Positions 1 through 9,765 of a DNA stretch of 32,000 bases are shown in pieces (within the stretch, counting starts at the first letter, position 1; each line of letters opens with the position of its first letter). A program made the translations under genes and the position numbers. Below the pieces are notes generated by a model that did no database searches, had not been told where the DNA came from, and saw only the letters and a list, made by a program, of their open reading frames with translations. Location of the stretch: sequence record CM125389.1; one strand, written 5' to 3'.

Positions 1-179
1 AAGGCAGACATAGAACTTTGATTTGCAGCTATTCTAGTAAATCAAAAACTAACTAAAAGGTATGAACAAACTCCAACACCTTCCCAACCGACAAACATTA
101 ATAAATAATTATTCGCTGTTACAAGAATTATCATCATAAAAGTAAATAAACTTAAATAACTAAAAAATCTTTGGTTATG
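1..179 (-). CDS. nad5: NADH dehydrogenase subunit 5, exon 2 (partial; gene runs off the window start)
   Basis: Code-4 translation [59 protein letters not shown] continues ...SISYMSHDP of exon 1; intron-terminal G at 180. Confidence 0.9.
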
Positions 180-1588
180 CTTTTAAGCTAAATTTATCCT
201 ACAATTGATTTATTTATTTATAGTAACAATGGTTACTTATCTTAAAAATTTCTACCTATATTCATACCTCCCCCCCTCCACATGGAGGGGGGTTGCGATT
301 TTATCTTTCGCTACCTCCTCCTTCCAAGGAGGAGGGAAATTGAATTTATACCCTCAACCGTCAGATGAGAACGATTAATCATTAAACTATGAATTTTACA
401 TCAATCAAGATAATCATAGAGTTTTATACCAATTATAGGGTATTTATTAAAAAATGGAACCAATATATTGGTAATATCAGTAAAGTCAACTATTGTTAAA
501 CTAACAGCAGACTTACCACCATATTTGTAAATCTTTCCTGACCCAAAGTATTCAACTATTTTCTCCATTAATCTAATATCCACTCGTAGAGTGGATATTC
601 TAAATCTCAATTGTACTCGATAACCTAATTTACTATTGGTTGATGGCATACGAACATCAAAGTTTCCCTCAGCACTTACAAATCCTGAAATTCAATAAGG
701 GTCTAAAAATACATTATCACAATTTATTACAGGTCTTTCAACTGGAGTATATCCAGCAAACTCTGATTTTAACGTGTCAGATAAACCTAAATTCATTGAT
801 GCTTTTATATTTACTATTTGATTTAAACCTTCAACAGTAAGATGAGCTTTATTATTTACAAGTTTTACCGCTTGTTTAAATAAAAAAAAATCCGCGGCTT
901 TTTGAGTTAATAACGGATAATTTTCTAAATGAATAATAAGTTTATTTAAATCTTCAATTGAATCTATTGAATAATTAACTATATCTCGGTTTCGAGCTAA
1001 ATGAATAGAACCAATACCACCCAAGTATTGTTGTAATAGATATAATAAGTTAAGATCTTTTGTGTGTAGACTTAATTGAAATTTCAATTGAGCACGTCAA
1101 CCTAATTTACGACTTTTATTTCTATCCACTATTATGTTAAATGAACCCTCACCATCTATTAAACCAGATCAGACTCAAGGATTTACTCGTAGAGTGGAAT
1201 TATAGGTAGAAAATTTTTTTTTAAAATCGAATTGCTTAGATGGGATTTTAGCAGAGTTTCAACCTTGTTGCAGGTTGAAACCGAGTTTTATACCTCTGTT
1301 TCTTTCGAAACCCCTTAGAGTACATCTTAAATCCATTAAATGTGACTTTATGGATCAACTGCCGTCTACTCGTTGCTCTTTTACAGTAGAATTACTATCG
1401 ATTACTACTGACTTAGATCCGCGATTATCCATTTTGTTTTCACTCATCTTAAGGCTTGTTACCGTACCTGAGTAATTACTTCAGCCACTCATAGTTTTTC
1501 AACTACAGCTTGGTACCTTAAGCTTTAGGACTTCCCCGGAATTTGACAGTTTATCCCCATAGACGCGTTTTCCCCTAACGCGACCCCG
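180..1588 (-). mobile_element. group I intron (nad5 intron 1) carrying a LAGLIDADG ORF
   Basis: Upstream exon ends in T (GAT CCT|) and intron ends in G. P/Q/R/S-like core blocks AATTCCGGGGAAGTCC, AATCGCGGATCTAAGTC, GAGCAACGAGTAGACGGCAG, TTAAGATGTACTCTAAGGGG (minus sense) lie within 1290-1560. Core blocks are shared with the nad3 intron. Confidence 0.8.
311..1588 (-). CDS. double-motif LAGLIDADG homing endonuclease, open in frame with nad5 exon 1
   Basis: 426 codons with no TAA/TAG when TGA=Trp. Motifs [11 protein letters not shown] and [11 protein letters not shown]. Track ORFs 401..649 and 692..1087 are fragments of it. Stop TAG at 311-313. Confidence 0.85.
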
Positions 1589-1912
1589 AGGATCATGGCT
1601 CATGTACGAAATTGAATATATGTGAACTAAAGAACTTATTATTAATACAGGTATTAACATTGCCACTGTTAAACTATCAAATTGAAAACCTCAAAGAATG
1701 TTATATCACTCACTATCTATTCATCTAAATAAATTTATAGTCACAGGGATATTATTAAAACCAACCTCGAAAAAAGCTAATATAGCTAAACCTGTAGTGA
1801 TTATTACACTTAAACAGGTAATTAATTGTGCACCGCTAACTCCAACTTTTCTACCAAAAAAGCCAGCAACTATAGACCCTAATAAAGGTAAGATAATGAT
1901 ACTTAAATACAT
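1589..1912 (-). CDS. nad5: NADH dehydrogenase subunit 5, exon 1
   Basis: ATG 1912-1910; [24 protein letters not shown]...[47 protein letters not shown]; start overlaps nad4L stop (TAATG). Confidence 0.92.
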
Positions 1913-1942
1913 TATTTATATTCTATTGTGATACTTCCTCTT
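1912..1942 (-). CDS. nad4L: NADH dehydrogenase subunit 4L, exon 2
   Basis: Encodes (L)RGSITIEYK then TAA (1914-1912). Preceded by intron-terminal G. 239+31 nt = 89 codons plus stop. Boundary inferred from the T|...G rule and reading frame. Confidence 0.7.
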
Positions 1943-3435
1943 CGGTTTACCCCAATACTCATGTATTGAGCCTGACTATATCTTAAGCTAATTATTAATA
2001 TCCTTTCATATTAATAAAAACCCAACTCACATTTAGTCGATGAACTGCACACCGTTATTCCTTCCCCCCCTCCAGCGAAGCTGGAGGGGGTAGCGAATAC
2101 TTGGTGCTTGGCTGCGGATATTCTACATATACAAATCGTTTTTACCATACAACGAGTCATTACCTGTTCCATTAATTATATTACTATATTAACTTGGTAG
2201 ATTTGTTCTTAAGAGTTCCCCGCAATTTGAGAGTTTCGCCTTATATAAGACTAGGCGAAGGTTCACTTTCGCCTTTTGTGATCAAGATAATTTTCTCCTT
2301 TTAATCAAGACAAATTTAAATATTTTTATTCATCCCCCCCTCCAGCGAAGCTGGAGGGGGTAGCGAATTTTTTAATTCTATTATTTTATTTAATCCTTTT
2401 TCAGTTAAATGTTCTTTATTTTTAATAAGAATAGCGGCTTCTTTAAATTTAACATAATCATTATATTTAGAACCTTCAATTTTGTATTGATCAAAAAAAG
2501 GAATAATATATATAATTATATCATTAATTTTTGTAACTATAAATTCACATACTTTACGATTTTTATATTGAGCTATATAACCACAATTAAAAAATTTGAC
2601 TAAACTTTTTAATAACAATATATCTCTTGAATCTTGAGCTATAGAAAAACGTAACCATACTTTAGTACCAGACATAGTTATAAAAAAATTGGCTTCTCCT
2701 GATGAGAAGCCAGCTACTCAGTTCCCCCCTCCTGGAAGGAGGGGTAGCGAAGATAAATTACTTAATATATTATTCTCAATTTTTACCCTTTTAACTGGTA
2801 TTATAGAAGGAAAAGATTCCTTTAAAGTTTTAGATAAACCTCAATTAAGAGATGCTCTATGTTCCAAGATTTCTTTTAATCCTTCTAAAGTAGTATGTTT
2901 GTTTTCTAACATTAATGATACAATTTGTTTAAATATCACCAAATCTCCATATTTATTAGTTATTAATTGATACTTTTCAAAATGAGGTATAATTATATTA
3001 TTTAAACTAGTTATATCACTAACTCTAAATTCAACCGTAGATCTATCATTTATTTTGGATATATATCCAATATTATCGAAATAATTTTGAATTAATAATA
3101 ATAAAGCTCTATCTTTCTCGTTTAATTTTATTTGAAATCTAGCTTGTACATTTCATCCTATTTTATATCTAGGGTTCTTTAAAATAGTTACAACAAAAGA
3201 ACCTTCAGCATCCGAGAACCCAGTTATAAATGAAGGATTTAAACCGGCCCACACACACGAAGTGTGTGTGGGGATTTTCCTGTGTAGCACACTAGAATAA
3301 TTCCTTGATTGGATTAAATTACATGATGAAACTACAGGTAATAAATTAAAATGTAAATAGGGCCCCCGCCCCCCCGAAGGGGGGGCGGGGTCCCCCGAAT
3401 AATTTGATCTTGGATTTTTAACTGGAGAGTTAATT
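1943..3435 (-). mobile_element. group I intron in nad4L with in-frame LAGLIDADG ORF
   Basis: 1493 nt separating the two nad4L exons. The ORF fills the 5' three quarters; the non-coding 3' part is 1943-2315. Confidence 0.75.
2316..3435 (-). CDS. double-motif LAGLIDADG homing endonuclease, fused in frame to nad4L exon 1
   Basis: Hand translation is continuous from exon 1 to TAA 2316-2318 with TGA=Trp (e.g. at 3153). Motifs FITGFSDAEGSF and WVAGFSSGEANF. Track ORFs 3153..3674 and 2316..2675 are its two ends. Confidence 0.85.
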
Positions 3436-3674
3436 AATCTATAGAAAGCAACTAGAATAGCTAAACCTATAGCAGATTCTGCACCTGCTACAACTATTAT
3501 ATAAATAGCATAAGTTTGGCCGATTATATCATCCATATTAAGTGAACTTACCAATATTAGGAATGTTATAGCTAATAGCATTATTTCAATTGAAATAAGC
3601 ATTAATATAATATTTTTTCTATTTAATACGAAACCTAAAATTCCTATTAAAAAAAGTATTAAGGTAATATTCAT
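3436..3674 (-). CDS. nad4L: NADH dehydrogenase subunit 4L, exon 1
   Basis: ATG 3674-3672; MNITLILFLIGILGFVLNRKNIILMLISIEIMLLAITFLILVSSLNMDDIIGQTYAIYIIVVAGAESAIGLAILVAFYR. Confidence 0.92.
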
Positions 3675-4173
3675 TAGTATTTGTATTTTTTTTGCTTTTA
3701 CATTGTAAAAAGTAAACTAATCTTAACTTGGATATATAGGCATTGGACATATAGGCAAAATGAGCCCCTGCCCCGCTCATCTTAGTGATAACCCGCTCCG
3801 TATACTGTTATTTCCTGCTTATAAAATAAAATCCTTACTTACAGTAGCAAGTAAGTTACTAAATCCAAAAAACTACTGTGTTCGAATCACATTAGATCAA
3901 ATCCCCGTAGTGAAAGAATAACTAACGAACTCCCGTGGAATGTCCTGACTGCTATGATAAATACGGGTAAACATAATCCCCCTTCCATTCCCCACACACA
4001 CTTCGTGTGTGTGGGCCGGATTAAAGGTAGGTATAGTACGTATATCATTAGGACTATAGATGTGTACAGTATAGGTCTCTGCCCAATTGGTAGTCATTAG
4101 CTCTCGAGGCGAGCTTCGCTTTATTTTTTTTTAGCAAAGCTAAAAAAAAAATAATGCCACCCGTCCCCCCGCC

Positions 4174-4187
4174 CTGCAGTACTGCAG
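4174..4187. repeat. PstI-palindrome core CTGCAGTACTGCAG
   Basis: exact 14-mer flanked by C-run/G-run arms. Confidence 0.97.
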
Positions 4188-4465
4188 GGGGGGGGGGAAG
4201 GGGGTAGCGAAGGGGGACTTCGCGTACCCCTACCCTCCTTCGGTGGCGTGGCTAATTTTTTTGCAAAACCTAATGATAATAAAAATTATAAAAAAAATTA
4301 TCATTTCCCACACTAAACCCCGCAGGCTTGCGGGGGGTTTAGGGGGAAGACCTGTGGTATGTATTTGCATATAGTAGTAAAAACTTGATGGCTGACTAAC
4401 ACTACTTATTAATCTATAAAAATTTTTCACACGAGGCTAACCACCTCCTCAATCTTTCCCCCGCC

Positions 4466-4479
4466 CTGCAGTACTGCAG
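4466..4479. repeat. PstI-palindrome core CTGCAGTACTGCAG
   Basis: exact 14-mer flanked by C-run/G-run arms. Confidence 0.97.
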
Positions 4480-4517
4480 GGGGGGCGTTTGCGGGGGGGG
4501 GGAGGGGGTAGCGAGAT

Positions 4518-4871
4518 TTAATTTTTGAACGCTGATGGAGGACATAAATTTAAAGAAGATATATCTTTTAAATTTTTCAACTCTAGATGAGTGGAATCAC
4601 CACCCATATTTTGTTTTGAATCTATTTTTAAAGCACCTTTTCCCAATTCAAATACAAATCCTGCTGATACAACAAACATAAAACCTAGAATAACCACTAG
4701 ACTATAGAAAGTATTTATACCTAAACTTCCTACATAAGGGAACATGGTAAATATTTCAAGGTCCAGAATTACAAAACATATCGCCTGTGCAGCTATAGGT
4801 GAATCGAAAGGGAATCTAGTTTGATGAAAAGAATGGAATCCACACTCAAACTCTGAATTTTTTTCTTGATA
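4518..4871 (-). CDS. nad3: NADH dehydrogenase subunit 3, exon 2
   Basis: YQEKNSEFECGFHSFHQTRFPFDSPIAAQAICFVILDLEIFTMFPYVGSLGINTFYSLVVILGFMFVVSAGFVFELGKGALKIDSKQ...; TAA 4518-4520; intron-terminal G at 4872. Confidence 0.85.
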   Translation of the reverse strand, partial: YQEKNSEFECGFHSFHQTRFPFDSPIAAQAICFVILDLEIFTMFPYVGSLGINTFYSLVVILGFMFVVSAGFVFELGKGALKIDSKQNMGGDSTHLELKNLKDISSLNLCPPSAFKN

Positions 4872-6312
4872 CGTTTGAGCCAAATTTCTCATACCTATAA
4901 ATTTAATATTTTGATTTTAACTATTGTTTTCTGTTCGTATTCATTCTATTACGGATTTTTTTTATTTTATCTAATCCTTCTTTAGTTAAATGCGATTTAT
5001 TTTCCATTAATCTTACGACTTCGCAAAAATCTATGAAATCGAGCCGGGAGGCGTCTTTCCTTTTAAAGGATATTTAATGAAAAATGGAACAATAATATCT
5101 TTTATACCTCCCCCCCTCCAGCGAAGCTGGAGGGGGGTAGCGAAAAATTAGTTACTTTAAAATCAATAACACCTCTTCCCTCTCGGGACCTCCAGAGAGG
5201 GTCCTCCCTGGAGGAAGAATCTAAACTTGTATTCCCACATCCTAAATATTCAATTAAGCTTTTTATTAAATACTCATCTCGCCACCCCCTCCAGCTTCGC
5301 TGGAGGGGGGAATTACTTTGAGTTAAAATAAAACTTAATTTAACTGCTTCTCCCACCCGTAGGGTTGATGTTTTAGACTTAAAAACTACGACACTAAAAC
5401 AACCCTCTGCATCAACAAATCCAGATAATCAAAAAGGATTCGGAATTTGAGGTAACGATGTATCAGGTCTTAAAACAGTATTAATACCAGGAAAAGCAAT
5501 ACTTAAATCATTATTTAAACCATTATTTATTACAGCCTTTATAGCTACAAGTTCCAAGAGTCCTTCCACTCGGCCCCCCCTCCAGCGAAGCTGGAGGGGG
5601 TAGCGAGTGGATGACTTTTGTTTTTAATTAAATTATGAGCCAATTTAAACAACTTATAATCAGCTTGTTTTTTAGTTATTATGGGGTATTTATCAAAATG
5701 ATTAATTAGACGCCTGGCGGCTCGACCTTTTAAAGATTCTACTCGGTATTGTGCAGAATCCCACTCGCTACCCCCTCCAGCTTCGCTGGAGGGGGGGCCG
5801 AGTGGAAATACATTACCTACACCAAAAAATTCTTTAATGTTATTTAATAAACTTAAGTCTTTTTTATGTAAGTTTATTATAAATCTACAAACTACACGTC
5901 AACCTAACTTATACTTATTATCCACTCGCTACCCCTCCAGCTTCGCTGGAGGGGTAGCGAGTGGATTTCTTTTAAAATTTATAGGGTTAGAAGGGATTTT
6001 GGCCTGATAACTTCTTTCGAAGCCCACTAGAGTACATCTTAACATTGAGTATTTTTCTTTATTTAAATATTCAATGCAACTACCGTTTACTCGTTGCTCT
6101 TTTACAGCAATATAGAGCTTGCGCCCACGTATTACTGATTTAGATCCGCGGTTGCCTATTATACTCTCGTATATCTTCTGACTTATTACTATACCTGAGT
6201 AATTACTTCAGCCACAATTAACCTTTCGATTAATGCTTAGTATCAGAAGCTTTAAGGTTTTCCCGGAATTTGGAAGTTTTACCCAATTAATTGATTTCCC
6301 ATTTCAATTTTT
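4872..6312 (-). mobile_element. group I intron in nad3 (paralog of nad5 intron 1)
   Basis: Exon 1 ends CAC ATA CCT| (T) and the intron ends in G. Core blocks at 6005-6300 match those of the nad5 intron (TTCTTTCGAA, CTAGAGTACATCTTAA, TACTCGTTGCTCTTTTACAG, TTAGATCCGCG, TACCTGAGTAATTACTTCAGCCAC, CCCGGAATTTG on the plus strand). Confidence 0.8.
4921..5990 (-). pseudogene. decayed LAGLIDADG endonuclease ORF in the nad3 intron
   Basis: First LAGLIDADG motif is absent and replaced by a GC palindrome carrying an in-frame TAG (5931-5929). Further damage: frameshift at palindrome 5566-5610, TAA at 5102 next to palindrome 5104-5140, another frameshift near 5041-5056. Second motif [11 protein letters not shown] survives, and the remnant ends at TAG 4921-4923. 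Confidence 0.75.
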
Positions 6313-6402
6313 AGGTATGTGAGGAGCAAATACTAGATTAATTAATAAAAAAAGTAAAGCAATTATAGATACAAATAAAATAAACAATGTCATACTACGC
6401 AT
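6313..6402 (-). CDS. nad3: NADH dehydrogenase subunit 3, exon 1
   Basis: ATG 6402-6400 immediately follows the nad2 TAA; [30 protein letters not shown]. Confidence 0.85.
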
Positions 6403-8154
6403 TTAAGTACTAAATAAAACTTGTACCATTATGGTACCCATACTTAATCATTCTTTATTCATAAATATAAATAATAATATTACTATTGTAATAATAGAAA
6501 TAGTAATAGAGAAAGGACTAGATATAGTATATCCAGAAGATAAAGGACTAGATACAGTATATCTATCATAAGATATTGAAAATGCATTTGAATCATTGAG
6601 CTTTAGATCTCTTTTAACAGGAAAAGGTCAGGTATTTTCTACGTCTACTGTTTTTAATTTATGTCCAGGAGAATAGAAAAAAATCTCTTTAATTATATTC
6701 AAATAATAAACTGCTCCAACTACACTAGTAAGTATTGCTATTAGGGATAAGAAAATATAGCCATTATCTAAAGCAGCACTCAATACCATCTGTTTGGCAA
6801 AAAACCCTACAAGAGGCGGAATACCCGCAAAAGAAAAGATAGTAATAGCTAAACTTAAAGACAATAAAGGGTTTAGATAGAAATACCCTTTCAATTGACT
6901 AATTAATTGTACAGGTGAATTATTTATATCTAGTAGATTTTTATACTCTTTATTATTTCAAACATAACCATATAAAGAGAATCCTATAGTAATTAATATA
7001 ATAAACACATTTAAATTACTAAAAGAATATTGTATTAAATAAAATATAAATGCTTGTGTGGACTCCACACTTTGTGTGGAAACACTTAAAGCTAATAAAA
7101 TAAAACCTAGATGAGAGATTGTACTATATGCAAGCAATCTTTTAATTCTAAACTGTGTTAAACCTACAACAGTTCCTATTATTAAGGAAAGAAAAGAACT
7201 GACTAGTAGTCCATAGATTCAGCTAAATTCTGATAGATAATTATTTGTATGATAAACTAATTCTAGCAAAAGGATAAAAATAGAAATTTTGGCTATAATT
7301 GCCACAAATGTTGTTACTATTGTAGGGATAGCGTCATAGACGTCAGGAGATCAAAAATGGAAAGGTGCTGCTGAAACTTTAAATAAGAATCCTACACTAA
7401 ATATGAGTAAAGAAAAATTTAAATAATATGATTTGTATCATGAAGTCATGTTATCATTTACGTCACTAATACTATTAATTATATATAAACCATCCAAACT
7501 TGTAGTACCTGAATTTGCATATAGTAAACTTGCACCTAATAAAATAAAGCAGGAGCTAAAGCCACCTAATAAAAAATAAATTAAACCACCTGTGGTAGAT
7601 AATTCGGAATTTCTATAAATAGTACTTAATATATATAATCCGTAGCTTTGTAACTCTATAGAAAGAAAAATAGAAACTAAATCATTTGTTGACATTAAAA
7701 ATACTGCTCCGCAAATAACAAATAATAAAATTAAAGGGTATTCTATTATTTTAAGATGTTCTTTGTTAAACCCTTGAATTTTAAAAAGGTAATCCTTCAA
7801 CACTGCTTGTATTGAAGATAATGGTATTGAATATCCTATAGCTCTAGGCCACTTATTAATAAACCTAGGATGTCTCATAATATAAAATTTTTTTATGGGA
7901 TCGAAACTTGTTAATTGTAATATTAATATACTAATCAAAAAAATAAATATTTGGAATACTTGTGTTATATTGGTTATATGAAGTAAACCTCCATGTAAAC
8001 CTACCCCTTTACTTATAATAGATAAACTCATTGTATCATGCAAAATACAATAAATTAATGCTATAATCACAATTCTATTAAAAAGTATGGAAATATCTCG
8101 TCTTAAAGTAACGGCATTAGAAAGTAATAAAGACAGTATAGTCATTATTATCAT
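6403..8154 (-). CDS. nad2: NADH dehydrogenase subunit 2
   Basis: 584 codons in one frame under code 4. I hand-translated 6403-6627; the frame is the same as track ORFs 6628..6894 and 7438..8154, and I read only short stretches of the 6895-7437 gap. Contains [21 protein letters not shown] 8154-8152, TAA 6405-6403. Confidence 0.93.
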
Positions 8155-8243
8155 AAAGAATGAAGAAATTTAGTTGGAGATTTAAATAAGGAAAGCTCTG
8201 GTCCTACTCGATCAGTGCCCTTCCCCTCCATAGTGCGCACGCG

Positions 8244-8314
8244 AACCTGGGGAGAAAATCGAATTCTCATCTTTAATGTATGAAATTAAGGTTTTACCTT
8301 TAAACTACCCAGAT
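8244..8314 (-). tRNA. trnM: tRNA-Met (anticodon CAU)
   Basis: Acceptor ATCTGGG/CCCAGGT, D arm GTTT..AAAC, anticodon arm TTAAT-TTCATAC-ATTAA, T arm GAGAA-TTCGATT-TTCTC. Confidence 0.9.
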
Positions 8315-8549
8315 TTAAATGATAAATATAATGACGCTCCTCAGTCATGGACTAACTAAAAAGGGGCCTCCTAACAAACCCCCCCCCCCGCAAGCTTGCG
8401 GGGGGGGGGTTTAGAAGTGGGAGGCTAATTTTTTGGCTTTTTAAGAAAAAATGCTATTGAGGCAAGCTTCGCCAGCCAATTTTTTTTTGGGCTAGCGAAG
8501 GCTTTCAGCCTTCGGCTTTGCTTAATTTTTTTTTAGCCGTCCCCCCGCC

Positions 8550-8563
8550 CTGCAGTACTGCAG
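8550..8563. repeat. PstI-palindrome core CTGCAGTACTGCAG
   Basis: exact 14-mer; TTTTTTAGCC...GCTAAAAAAA composite. Confidence 0.97.
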
Positions 8564-8658
8564 GGGGGGAAGCTAAAAAAAATAAGCGAAGCGAGCCTTC
8601 GGCTAGCGTAGCCGAGAAAAAATTAAAAACAAAAAAAAAAAATAACCCACTTCGCCCC

Positions 8659-8672
8659 CTGCAGTACTGCAG
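8659..8672. repeat. PstI-palindrome core CTGCAGTACTGCAG
   Basis: exact 14-mer. Confidence 0.97.
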
Positions 8673-8682
8673 GGTCCCCACC

Positions 8683-8696
8683 CTGCAGTACTGCAG
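8683..8696. repeat. PstI-palindrome core CTGCAGTACTGCAG
   Basis: exact 14-mer, 10 nt from the previous copy. Confidence 0.97.
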
Positions 8697-8840
8697 GGGG
8701 GGGGGGGTGGGGAAGGGGAGGGGCGCTCCTAATTTTTAGGAGCCGGAGGCTCCTAAAAAAAAATGACACACTTCTAAACCCCCGCAAGCTTGCGGGGGGG
8801 GGTTTGTTGAGGGGATTGGGCCCGCCCCCGTCCCCCCGCC

Positions 8841-8854
8841 CTGCAGTACTGCAG
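8841..8854. repeat. PstI-palindrome core CTGCAGTACTGCAG
   Basis: exact 14-mer nested in a GGGCCCGCCCC...GGGGCGGGGTCCC hairpin. Confidence 0.97.
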
Positions 8855-8944
8855 GGGGGGGGGGGAAGGGGGCGGGGTCCCCCGAAATTTTGGCTGCGAA
8901 GCGAAGCTAAGCGAAGCCACCGGCTTCGTAGTAGCCATCAAAAG

Positions 8945-9018
8945 GGACAATACTCTGAATTGAACAGAGAACCTACTGTGCCACATACAGTTGCTCTACC
9001 GATTGAGCTATATTATCC
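8945..9018 (-). tRNA. trnH: tRNA-His (GUG) with encoded G-1
   Basis: G-1 then acceptor GATAATA/TATTGTC and C73; anticodon arm ACTGT-ATGTGGC-ACAGT; T arm CTCTG-TTCAATT-CAGAG. Confidence 0.9.
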
Positions 9019-9330
9019 TTAAATATTATATTATTCATTTAAGACGAGTACGCGGAGCGTACTGAGGCTTCGCCTTAGGCCGGCCCTCGTGCTTGCTTCG
9101 CAGTAGGCTGAGCTACATTACCCTTATATCTTAAATTAAATTAAGGGCTAGCGAAGCTCGCCTCTTAATTTATCGCTTACCTTATAAATAAATATCTTTG
9201 GCTAAGGCGAAGCCTCAATAAGTGTATCAGGAGCTCAAAAGAAAAAATGACCCTTCGCTCAAAAATTAGGAGCTCCTTCGGAAGCTAGCGTAGCGAAGGG
9301 GCTTAATTTTTTTTTAGCCGTCCCCCCGCC

Positions 9331-9344
9331 CTGCAGTACTGCAG
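9331..9344. repeat. PstI-palindrome core CTGCAGTACTGCAG
   Basis: exact 14-mer; TTTTTTAGCC...GCTAAAAAAA composite. Confidence 0.97.
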
Positions 9345-9623
9345 GGGGGAAGCTAAAAAAAAAATAATGCCATAATTCCCCCCTCCCTTCCCCCTCCCCC
9401 CCCCGCAAACCTGCGGGGAGGGGCCGCAGGTTTGCGGGGGGGAGCGAGGGGGTAGCGAGATTTAAGATATAGACGCCTTGCGGCTCTATATATTAACAAA
9501 CAAACCAACAAACAAACCAACCAACAAAACCTACAAACCAACAAACCAAAAAAAAACAATAAATGGGCCCCCACAACGGCCCACACACCGTAGGTGTGTG
9601 GGGATGTTGTGGGGTCCCCCGAA

Positions 9624-9696
9624 TTATGTTGGAGTGATTCGAACACTCAATTGTAAATACCAAAAATTTATGACTTACCCATTAGTCTACAACATA
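9624..9696 (-). tRNA. trnQ: tRNA-Gln (UUG)
   Basis: Acceptor TATGTTG/CAACATA; anticodon arm TAAAT-TTTTGGT-ATTTA; T arm GAGTG-TTCGAAT-CACTC. Confidence 0.9.
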
Positions 9697-9751
9697 TCAA
9701 AGAATATTGCTATATTATATATATATAGGGCCCGCCCCCCGTCCCCCCGCC

Positions 9752-9765
9752 CTGCAGTACTGCAG
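9752..9765. repeat. PstI-palindrome core CTGCAGTACTGCAG
   Basis: exact 14-mer nested in a GGGCCCGCCCC...GGGCGGGTCCC hairpin. Confidence 0.97.

Noticed and set aside
3877-3891. tRNA-like T arm TGTG-TTCGAAT-CACA on the plus strand in the nad3-nad4L spacer
   Set aside because: No matching acceptor stem, D arm or anticodon arm could be built. The adjacent CTTACTT..AAGTAAG hairpin has the wrong geometry.
3897-4430. Minus-strand ORFs 3897..4097 and 4230..4430 between nad3 and nad4L
   Set aside because: They are short, built largely from GC-element sequence (the CACACAC hairpin and a HindIII-like palindrome), and have no family resemblance. The region is treated as spacer.
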